This document shows, one piece after another, positions 48,069 through 58,200 of a DNA stretch of 64,000 bases; the stretch's first letter is position 1, and each line of letters opens with the position of its first letter. Origin of the DNA: an uncultured Desulfospira sp. (GTDB lineage Bacteria > Desulfobacterota > Desulfobacteria > Desulfobacterales > Desulfobacteraceae). The notes beneath the pieces are model-generated. The model was not told the DNA's origin. It did not search any database and saw only the letters and a list, made by a program, of their open reading frames with translations. The stretch spans positions 4,480,001 to 4,544,000 of the forward strand of contig OY760175.1 in the NCBI GenBank assembly GCA_963663165.1. Direction: 5' to 3'. Made by a program: the position numbers and the translations under genes.

Positions 48069-51000
48069 TTATTCCTGTTTGCAGCCCAAATGGACCACAA
48101 AATAGGGAAAATCCAGGTGATTGATCCGGCCGTCTCCGTTGAAATCGGCCTTTGAGTCGGTCTCATAATCCGGATCACTGGCATTCAGTTCACGCCCCAT
48201 ACGGCTGCTGAAGAAAAGGATATCCTGGCCGTCCACATCCCCGTCTGAGTCCAGGTCCGCATCTGAGCATGATCCTTTGAACAGATAGCCGTAGATATGG
48301 GCGAACAGTACAAGATCCAGTTTATCAATGACCCCGTCGCTGTTAAAGTCGGCCTTGGCGTCAAAGCCGTCATCGGCCGAAGTCAGATTGAGCAGGGACA
48401 TGAGCCGGAAAAGATCGGTGCCGTCGATGTCCAGGTCCCCGTCCAGGTCGCCGTATTTAGGCGGATAGGGCGGCCTGCTGGAGGCATTGAGTGGATCGGT
48501 TTGGGCGTAAAATTCTTCGCCGTCGGTATAACTGTCCTTGTCCGTGTCACTGTCAAAGGGATCGGTGCCGTAGGAAATTTCCAGGCCGTTGGTCAGATCG
48601 TCGTTGTCGGCATCCCCATCTTCGGCAAATGTAGTGAACTGCCAGACCGGGCTTTCCGTGACCTGGTTATAACTGTCCGTGGCCAGGACCTGCCACCAGT
48701 AGGTGGTGCTGAATCCCTCTAATGCCAGCAGGCATCCGGTATCCGGCAGGTTTTTACAAGTTTCATCAATGGTAAAGCTGCCATCTTCAGTTTTGTACTG
48801 GACGGAATACATGACCGTATCCCCCTCATCCGGATCACCCCCGGTCCAGGAGAGGGCCAGATCAACAGAGACATCGGTGTCGCCATTTGAAGGCGTGGGG
48901 GATGAAGGTGCTGATGGCTTATGGTTGACGGTAACGGCACCGGCCGCATAAGCGGTGACGGTGCTGGTGCCATCGGCAATCTGGGCGTAAATGTAATAGG
49001 TGCCGCCGGCCATGCCGGAAAGGTTCCATTCATAGGTGTCGGACTCATCGGAATCTTCTGAAATACCCGAAACAATCAGGGTGCCGTCCTCTCCTGAATC
49101 GTTATCGTCATAGTACAGGGAGATCTGGGCATCGGAATCCGGGTCGGTATCGTCCCAGGAAATGGCCAGCACGGTATCTGAACCGGACACTGTAATAACC
49201 GTACCCGTGTCCGGTGCGGTCAAGGTGATGGCGGGCGGATCATCGGTGGTATCCTCCTTGACGAAAAAGGCCTGAACCTCGCTCCAGTCGCCTTCAATGC
49301 CGTGGGCATCCATAAGTTTGGCCCGCCAATAGTACCAGGTGGCGTTTTCAAGTTCCTGGGAAACCATCAGGGCAAGGTCGTCTGAGGATTCTTCAACCAC
49401 CAGATCGGTTAGGTCTTTATCGGTGTAAACCTCAACCATCATCTCAACGGTATCATTGTCGGGTTCTTCCACCGGGTGGACAGATAATTCAGGGGTCAGG
49501 GTATCCACCCATGCCAGGGCCCCCGGATTTTTGAGTACAGGGGTGCCCGGGGCATCGTTGTAGGTATTAATAAAAAATTGACCCACCACCCATTGGCTTG
49601 CCGACTCGTTGTCACGGGATCTGGCCCGCCAGTAGTAAGTGGTGTTGTCGTTTAAGCCTTGAACCTGCCACTGGGCGGTGCCGTCGGAGATGGTCATCTC
49701 TTGTGCCGTTGAAAAATCCTTTGAAACATCAATCTGAAAATCATACTCAACATCGGCCCCTTCAGGGTCTGTGACTAACCCGACAGACAGCACCACCGCT
49801 GTATTTTTAACTTCTTCGCCCACTGCCGGTGAATCAATTTCTGGAACCGGCGGGGTCTGGTTGGATGTATCCGGAGTAAAGGCAAAAACCTCACTTTGGA
49901 CCGCATTTCCATCAGTATCCTCAACGGTTGCCTGCCAGTAATACGTGCTGCCGTCTGCAAGGTCTTCACTGACCTGGAAAGAGACCATGCCGGAGGCTTC
50001 ATCTAGGGTGCCCTGGCCGGAACAGACCGGATTGGAAAGATCCTGGTTCAGGGATATCGTAAAGGTATAGGTCAGGGAATCCTTTTCCGGATCGGTACTA
50101 TACCCGGACACAAGGACCGGGGTGAGTGAATCCACACTGCCGGAATCTTCCGGCGTCAGCAGTTCCGGTATTCCCGGCGGATCATTGGTTTCACTGACCA
50201 GGAATGATCCGTGGGTCCACAGAGAATAGGCCGTGCCGTCATAGGCCCTGGCCCGCCAGTAATAAGTCTGGTTTTCCACAAGGGTTTCAGTGACGGTCCA
50301 GGGAACCATATTACCCGATTCCGGAAGGCCGCTTTCACGTTCCACAAGGGCGGTGTACCCTTCGTCAGAGAAAAGCTCAAATTCATAGGTTAATGTGTCC
50401 CCGTCAGCGTCTGTGCTGCAAAGAACGGACAATTCCGGATAAAGGGAAGATACAACCCCGTCAACTTCAGGGGCATTGACAACCGGAACGCTGGGGGCGT
50501 TTTCGGTTCCGGTGGGATTGGTGCCGTTTAAAAATTCATCCAGATCTGAAATGCCGTCACCGTCAAAGTCGCCGGTGCCGTCCCGGTCCAGGGTGCCGAA
50601 ATGTTCCTCCTCCCAGTCATCGTCCATGCCGTCACAGTCTATATCATTGACAGGGCAGATGGTCAGGGTGGCGGTCTGGGAGTCGGTCAGGGCTCCGTCC
50701 GAGGCCTTGAACTTGATGGCATAGGATCCGGCCTGGCCGGCGGCCGGGGTCCACATAAAAAGACCTGTGCCGTCGCCGTTGTCTTCAAAGGATGCCCCTG
50801 CCGGTAAGGATGAGGTGGAAAGGGCGGGAATCGTCCCGTTGGCATCACTTGCCTCAACAATAAAGTTGAGCTGTTCTTCTTCGCTGCGCTGCCGGTCAGG
50901 GATATACTGCAGGACCGGGGCGGTGGCAAGGACCGACGCATCTTCAAATACAATGGTGTAGGTCCCCGGGGTGTTCACATCAAACAGATAAACATAGCAG

Positions 51001-52268
51001 TCCCAGGGGTCATCCTTTTCTCTGGTTTTATAGAGCCAGACATTGTCTTCGGATATGGCTTTGCCGTCGGAACGGGTGGCGGACAGGATCACCTTCTCAT
51101 CGGAGAAAGGGTCCTCAAGCTTGACCACCATGGGGCCGGTGGTGGCCGGCACGGTCAGGGTATAGGTGGCCTGGGTGCCTGAGGTGCTGCTTTTTACCAG
51201 TGTGGCGGATGCACTCCGGTCGGTGACGCCGGTATTCACATTGTCTGATTCATAGACAGTGTATGCGGTCCCGTCCAGGGCCAGAAAATCCCGGATCTCG
51301 TCACGGCCGGGCAGGTCCACCAGCACATCATGGACCAGAAAATGGGTGTTCACCGAATCGATCAAAGAGGTCAGCTCCCCGCCCAGCTCGTCGGAATGGG
51401 TAAACTCGGCGGTAAACTCCACAAACTTGCCGTAAAGGGAACAGGTCATGAGCCATCGGGCAGTACCGGCCTCATTGGGCCCAATGTCCCCAAAGTCCAC
51501 CAGAAGGCTTGCGGTCTCCGCTTCCCCGTTCACCTCGCTGCCCTGGATAAAAAAGTTGATCAAAAGCCCCTGCTCGTTTTCCACGATCTTGGGCTGGGCC
51601 GATTCGATTTTCAGAGACCTGGCCGCACCGTCTCCCTGGTTGCTTACCCTCACCCCCAACGAAAAGGGGATTTCTTCTTCTATTTCGGTGGTAAAGGGAT
51701 CATCCCCGTATACGTCGTTGGGAATGAAATAATCCAGCACCAGATCCGGCATGGGCTTGACATAGATATAGTCCGGCGAAACTTCAGTGACATGCTCTTG
51801 CCCGCCAATGGTATAGATCAGCCGAGCCCCCACATAGTAAAGGGTGCCGGACTCAAGGCCGTTGCTGGCCCCCTGGGCCGGGATGATCAGCCAGTGGATA
51901 TCGGCCACGGTGTCGGGTTCCACAACGCCGTCCCCGTTAACGTCGTCAATGTTGCTCATGGTATCGATCCGGATGAAAAACAGGGCGTCGGTATTGCTCG
52001 AATCCGATGAGGCCAGGACATTGGTGCCCTCTTCATCGGCAAAGGAGACTTGGATCTCCACATCTTCCAAAGCGACATGGGTCAGCCCGTTGGTAATTTT
52101 CATGTGGGCATCAAAGGCCTGGCGTTCCAGGGTCAGTTCCTGCTCAATCTGGATTTTAACCCGGGCGCATACGGTCTCGTCGGCCATGGCAGACAAGGGA
52201 ATCCATAACCCCATGAAAAAGAGCATCATCAGGGCCGGACTCAGGACGGAATATTTGGATTTTTTCAT
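48069..52268 (-). CDS. Large secreted protein (1399 aa): N-terminal ~440-aa domain, putative Ig, TSP3-like Ca loops, FN3/Ig repeats, C-terminal dockerin-like repeats
   Basis: Signal peptide MKKSKY..AMA; LPAGASF.DNGDGTG..WTP; DIDCDGMDDDWE / DFDGDGISDLDEF; repeated TYYWRAR; four DxDxDGxID..D..F motifs at the end. Confidence 0.88.
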   Translation of the reverse strand: MKKSKYSVLSPALMMLFFMGLWIPLSAMADETVCARVKIQIEQELTLERQAFDAHMKITNGLTHVALEDVEIQVSFADEEGTNVLASSDSSNTDALFFIRIDTMSNIDDVNGDGVVEPDTVADIHWLIIPAQGASNGLESGTLYYVGARLIYTIGGQEHVTEVSPDYIYVKPMPDLVLDYFIPNDVYGDDPFTTEIEEEIPFSLGVRVSNQGDGAARSLKIESAQPKIVENEQGLLINFFIQGSEVNGEAETASLLVDFGDIGPNEAGTARWLMTCSLYGKFVEFTAEFTHSDELGGELTSLIDSVNTHFLVHDVLVDLPGRDEIRDFLALDGTAYTVYESDNVNTGVTDRSASATLVKSSTSGTQATYTLTVPATTGPMVVKLEDPFSDEKVILSATRSDGKAISEDNVWLYKTREKDDPWDCYVYLFDVNTPGTYTIVFEDASVLATAPVLQYIPDRQRSEEEQLNFIVEASDANGTIPALSTSSLPAGASFEDNGDGTGLFMWTPAAGQAGSYAIKFKASDGALTDSQTATLTICPVNDIDCDGMDDDWEEEHFGTLDRDGTGDFDGDGISDLDEFLNGTNPTGTENAPSVPVVNAPEVDGVVSSLYPELSVLCSTDADGDTLTYEFELFSDEGYTALVERESGLPESGNMVPWTVTETLVENQTYYWRARAYDGTAYSLWTHGSFLVSETNDPPGIPELLTPEDSGSVDSLTPVLVSGYSTDPEKDSLTYTFTISLNQDLSNPVCSGQGTLDEASGMVSFQVSEDLADGSTYYWQATVEDTDGNAVQSEVFAFTPDTSNQTPPVPEIDSPAVGEEVKNTAVVLSVGLVTDPEGADVEYDFQIDVSKDFSTAQEMTISDGTAQWQVQGLNDNTTYYWRARSRDNESASQWVVGQFFINTYNDAPGTPVLKNPGALAWVDTLTPELSVHPVEEPDNDTVEMMVEVYTDKDLTDLVVEESSDDLALMVSQELENATWYYWRAKLMDAHGIEGDWSEVQAFFVKEDTTDDPPAITLTAPDTGTVITVSGSDTVLAISWDDTDPDSDAQISLYYDDNDSGEDGTLIVSGISEDSDESDTYEWNLSGMAGGTYYIYAQIADGTSTVTAYAAGAVTVNHKPSAPSSPTPSNGDTDVSVDLALSWTGGDPDEGDTVMYSVQYKTEDGSFTIDETCKNLPDTGCLLALEGFSTTYWWQVLATDSYNQVTESPVWQFTTFAEDGDADNDDLTNGLEISYGTDPFDSDTDKDSYTDGEEFYAQTDPLNASSRPPYPPKYGDLDGDLDIDGTDLFRLMSLLNLTSADDGFDAKADFNSDGVIDKLDLVLFAHIYGYLFKGSCSDADLDSDGDVDGQDILFFSSRMGRELNASDPDYETDSKADFNGDGRINHLDFPYFVVHLGCKQE

Positions 52269-52287
52269 TGTTTTTCCCTTGATCAAT

Positions 52288-55200
52288 TTAAAATGAAACA
52301 CTGGCACAGCCTCCGGCAGAGCAGGATGGCCCCTTGGTAATGGCGTCGGTCATTCCAAGGGAAACCCCCACGGTTTTACACCCATATGCAAATTTGCCGG
52401 ACGGAAACGACTTGACGGTATAGCTGACTGAACACGTAATTCCAAACCCGCTGCACGAGGCTTTCAGGCTGGCGGACCATTCGGGACTGGTGGGACAGCA
52501 TTTGGTCCCTTCAACCTTACCGATTTTTTTCAGTGAGGGCAGCGATACCCCTATGCATCCGTGTATACACGCTTCAATGGTTGTTTTCCATTCCATCTGC
52601 TTGGTGTCACAGTTACAGCAGCGGGTGAATTGAAGTTTTCCTGAAATTTTAATGCCCGCCGGTGCAATGGGGCCAAGGGGGATACAGCCAAGAGATCCTT
52701 TGACCCCGCCGGAAAAGCTGAATGTCCCAAAAGGATCAATCTTGTTGACGGGGTTGGCATCGGCATATAGATAATAGTTGATATCAACATCGGAAAAAGA
52801 GCCTGCACAGGACTTCCCGGTCAGGTGTTCGCCGGCATCGGGACGGTTTCCCATGCCAATGGGGTCGGTTTCCAGGTACCGGCCTGTGTCGGGGTCATAA
52901 TACCTGGCATAGTTGTAGTGCAGGCCCGATTCTTCATCAAAATACTGGCCCGGCAGCCGTAAATTGCTGACGATGGTCGACCCTTCATCAACACTGGCCT
53001 TTCCATATTCATCATAAACCGCTGACCACACAACGGCGCCGGCCATATCGGTTATTTTCACCGGTTTTTTGACGGTGTCGTTGTGGTAAAAATAATAGGC
53101 GGCGCCGATTTTGACAAACACCGGATCAATGGAGCCTTTGGCCCCGGGCACATACCCATAGGACTTAAGGATTTCTCCCTTATCGTTATATTCTGCCGTA
53201 AGGCCTTCATCGGCATAGCCAAAATAGGTTGTTTCATCGTCCACCGTTTTGCTGATACGCCGCCCAAAGGGATCATAGCTATAAGCGGCCATCACCCCTT
53301 GTAGATCCGAGGTGATCTGAACCAGCCGGTTTTCAAAATCATAGGTGTATTCAAAGGTCTCGGTACCGGTTGTTTTGGTGGCCATATTGCCGTCGGCATC
53401 ATAGGTGACGGTGGTATCGGCATAAGCCGTCAGCTGATCGTTATCATTATATTCCCAGTCCCCGGTGGTTCCGGTTTGTGACAGTCTGTTGCCCATGGGG
53501 TCAAGGGTATAGCTGATGGTTTCACCGGAAGGTCTGGTGGCGGATACCAGGTGGTACTGGTCATCATAATTATAAGCGGTGGTCCCGGTGGACGTAGAAA
53601 TTGAGGTGATATTGAGTTCCTGGTCATATTCAAAACTTTGATTCATGACCGGGTTTTCCCCCGGATCTTTGACGGCAATGCCCGTGGTCCGGTAGAAGGT
53701 GTCGTATTCAAATTCTTTTCGGGTGCCCCCGGGCAGCAGGACGGTGTTGGGGCTGGTCCACTCATAGTCGTTGTAGGAAATGGTGCCGGCTCCCGGAATG
53801 GTGATGGACTCAATTCTGTTGTCCTGGGTATAGGTATATCCATAAGCGGTGCCATCCGGGCCGGTATACCCTTTTTTTAATCCATTGCCGTAATAGTCGT
53901 ACTGATAGGTGGTTGAAAATGCCCCGTAATTAACCGTTTCACTGATTTTCCGATGGGATTGATCGTATTCGTAATGGACACTGATCTGTCCATCGGTGTA
54001 ATCCGTCAGCTGGCCGGCCTTATTATAGGAAAGGGTAAGGGTTTTTTCCGGGGTGCCGGCACTGCTGTTTTCATAATACCGGACTTTTACGGGTTTGTTG
54101 ACGGCATTATAGTCATATTCAGCCACCTGTCCCCGGGCGTTGGTTTTGCGGGCAAGATTGCCGTTGGCATCATATTCATAGGTCGTTGTCTTTTCATCGG
54201 GTCTGATTTCTGCCGTCATCCGGTTGTTCCGGTCATATTGGAACCGGGTCACATGGCCATTGGCGTCGGTTAAGCTGATCAGGTTCTTTCGGTCATCATA
54301 GGCGTACTCGATACGGCTGCCGTCGGGCCGGACCTCCGCGACTTTCCGGCCCACACCATTGTATTCGTAGGCTGTGGTCAGTCCGTTCTGGTCGGTCACC
54401 GCTGAGATACTGTCCATATCATTGTATTCGGTGAGCCGTTCACGCAGCGTTTCCCCCTCTTCGGACTTATAGATATCTTCTATTTTTCGTCCAAGGCTGT
54501 CATACACCTGATGCAGCAGCAGATGGGGATACCGGATCAGGGAGGGTTCCCCGGTGCTGCCGGCGGAACAGGAAGAACACCCCACCGCCGATTCTTCATC
54601 ATATTCGTATGTCACCTGTTTTCCCGCTGAATTGCTCTTGGAGATCAAACGGCCAAGCTTGTCATACTCATAGGTGAGATATCGTCCTTCAGGATCCGTA
54701 TCCTGAAGCACTTTGCCTTCAAAATTGAGCTCATAGACCGTGGTCTGACCTGAAGGATTGGTCTGCCGGATCAACCGGTCCTTACCATCAAAAGCGTACT
54801 CATATTCCCCTCCCATGGCATCGGTCTGTTTTATTTGGTTGCCCACGGCATCATATTCATAGGTGACGGTGTTCCCTAAGGGATCGGTTTCCTCAAGGAT
54901 GCTGCCGTCAACATCATACACATAGGTCCATGTGCCCCCCAGGGGATCTTCCCGGGTCAGGGGCATCCCTAAACTGTTATAGGTGTAACGGGTCGTATGG
55001 CCTTCCGGATCCGTAATGGAGGCCATGTTCCCGTATTCATCATATGTCATTACGGTGAGGCTCTCCAGGGTGTTGTCATCTCCCAGAATCCTTTGGGTCA
55101 GCTGGTTTCCGTCGCTGTCATAGGTGAACTGGTAGGTGATTTCATCATCTGTCCCCGGGGCCAGAATTCTCTGGGTGATATTGCCGTGATCATCGTATTC

Positions 55201-58200
55201 ATAGGTGGCGACGGTTCCGTTTCTCTCCGTCCGTTTGACTTTGAGTTTGGTGTCCGGGTCATATTCGGTCTCTTCTGTTGACCCGTCCGGATAGGTCTTT
55301 TTAATTAACTGGTTCCATTCGTCAAATTCATAGGTCGTTGTATGGCCCCGTTCATCGGTTTTATACCGTTTCCGGTTCTCATACACACTCTCTTCCATGG
55401 TGGTGCCGTTCAGGTCCACACGGGTCACCCGGCCAAGCTCATCGTACCAGGTCTCTTTTATCCGGCCGTTGGGGTAGGTGATCATGTTGTACAGTTCGCT
55501 TTGGGAATCGCCCTGGGCGTAACTGTATTCTGTCCGGTTGCCGTTGGGGTCAATGATGGCGGAAATCCATCCAAAGGAGTTGTACTCCATTTGTGTGGTT
55601 CGCCCGGCCTGATCGGTCTTGGAGGTCATCCGCCCGTCAGAATCATAAGTGTAGTAGAACTCATTTCCCAAAAGGTCCGTGACCGTGGTCAATTGCCCGC
55701 TGGTGTACTGATAGGAGACCTGGCGGCCGTCACCGTCTCGGACCAGCAGGACCCGGCCGTCCGGGTCATATTCATACCAGAGAACCGTATCCCCGAGACT
55801 GTCAACGATATGGACAAGAAGATCGGGATCATCCTCATCATAAACATAAGAGAAGCTGGTTCTGTCCTGGCTTCCCCTGGACAGGATTTTGCCGTCAAGA
55901 TCATAACGGATCCAGCTGCCGACCTTGTCTTTCCATAAATAGCCCTCGTCATCTCTGGTGATGGTTTTAACCTTGTCATAGGTGTAAACCGTTCCGGCCG
56001 TGTCGGACTTTTCGTAATCCACCCCGTCTTTGGTAATGCTTTCCGGTACCGAGGCGTCCACATCATAATTAAACTCAAGCCCCATGCCGGTATCACTGAA
56101 ATGCCAGGTTTGATCATAGTAATACCGGTGCACGGACAGGGTGTCCCCCGGGATTTTCAGGGACATGTCGGCAACATCATCTTCATATTCGCCGTTCATC
56201 AGGTCAACGTAACTTCCAACCATCTCCCGTGCCCTGGTTTTACAGCACTCGTCGGTCACCTCGCACACCGCAACCGGTGTACAGACCACACCGTCGGGAA
56301 TGGAATCCGACGGGGTGTATCCACTGCCGCTGGAGCCGGTAAAGAGTCTGCCGGAAACACCTCCCCACCAGCCCCCGGAGCCTGACCCGGTGCTCCCCCC
56401 GGTGCCGGTGCTGCCGGTGCCGGTACTGCTGCCGGAGCCCACACCGCCGATGCCGTCATCACCGGAGCAGTCCCCCATAGCATGGGTAAAGACAACACAC
56501 CGGACATCTTCATAGCTGGTCCCATTGGAACAGACGTACAGATACCAGAGGCAGGTGGATTTCGTATAGGTAAAACAACTGCCGCCGGCGCCTTCATCCT
56601 CGCCGCTTAAGCTGGAAAGGCAGGTCACCCGGTAGGGAACGGTAATGGATTCTTTGGCACCGATGCTTTCCGGTATACTGGCTAAAAATTCATACTTGAA
56701 GTACTGGTCGGATTCGGGCAGGGCAAATTCAATTTCATCGGCCCGGATAAGGCCGTAGTTGGTAAACCGGATCTCCCCTAACAGCACATCCCCGGGTTCC
56801 ATGTCCGGCAACGTGATGGACGCCGGGTCTGCAATCACCACAGCGGCCGGGACGTCGGTCTCATAGGTGGCGGAAAGCACAATCTCGTACTTGTCTTCAA
56901 TGGTGGTTTCGGTCACCGTCCACTCCACCGATACCAGATTGTAGGACATGAACACGTCTTCCGTAACCGTGATCCCCGGCTTGATCCAGACCCTGCCGGT
57001 GACCTGGTCATGGTTGTCGGCAGTCAGGTAGTATTTATACCGTCCCGTGGGCAGGTCTGATAACAAAATCTCCCCGTATTCGTCGGTGCTCCCGCTGTAG
57101 GAGATGCTCGTGACCGTCTCATTTTGAAAGGTCAGGGCCGCACCGGAAAGTCCCTGGATCATCTCGCCGGTTTCAGCGTCAATGGTGGCGGTGTAGATAT
57201 CCGATACCTTGAACAGCACGTTGCCGATGCCGGAACCGGTCACGGCCGCATGGACAAGAATGTTGGCGGTATCGCAGTTGGAACCGGCCACCTGGATGTA
57301 AAAGTCATATTCCCCTTCCTCAACCGTATCTTCGGTGGGGTAAAACATCAGTGTGAGTTCAACACTCTCCCCGACGTCAATGGACCCCTGGTCTGAGGGC
57401 AGGTTCAGCACCACCCAGTCCGGGGCGGCGGTTCCGTCGGTATTGATCAGTTCCACAGACAGGTCCGCAAGTTCAGAAAAGCCCTTGTTTTCAAGGGTCA
57501 GGGTTTCGGAAGCACTGTCATCCAGGGCCAGGCCGGTCTCCACATAGCTTGGTGAGTAGGAAAGGACAGGGCCTGCGTCGGAACTGTCCGGTTCAACACA
57601 CTTGATGTTGACGGTAAGGGTTCCGATGCCCTCATCAGCGGTTTCATCACTGACCAGGCGCAGCACAACGGTATCATCCTCATCGGCCGTATTGTCGGCC
57701 CATACCGTGACGGTCATGGTTTGGGTGCCACCGGCCCCAAGGCTTGATACCACCTCTCCCGTATCCACATGAATGCCCGTGGGCAGGGTCTGTCCGTCCT
57801 GATCCGATGCATCATAGACAAACTCAAGGTGGGTGGCCTGGGCCGCATTGCCGGCGGTAACCGTGACCGGTATGTCGTACTCATAATTTCTCAGGGCGGT
57901 GAGGTTGTAGGTGGCCGGTGTAAAATTGATGGCCGTGCTGCCCTGTTCAATGATGGAAAAACGGGCCTGCACCGGCCGGTCGCTGAGATCCGGGTGAACG
58001 GCACAGACCTGATATTCCCCGTACACGCCGTCTATGGGGTCAAAGGCATAGGAAAAACTGCCGTCACTGACGGTGTACACATCAATGATTTTTTCAAATC
58101 CGTTAATGGTGATGACCAGGGTTAAAGGCACTTGGGCCAGGGGTTCACCGTCATTGCGGTCCACGGCCCGGCCCGTGATTTCAATGTCCTCGTCTCCATA

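Noticed and set aside
47780..48184. Possible RHS immunity ORF (134 aa, minus strand)
   Set aside because: It is 4 kb from the RHS stop, overlaps the end of the 1399-aa gene out of frame, runs through a repeat element, and has no clear RBS.
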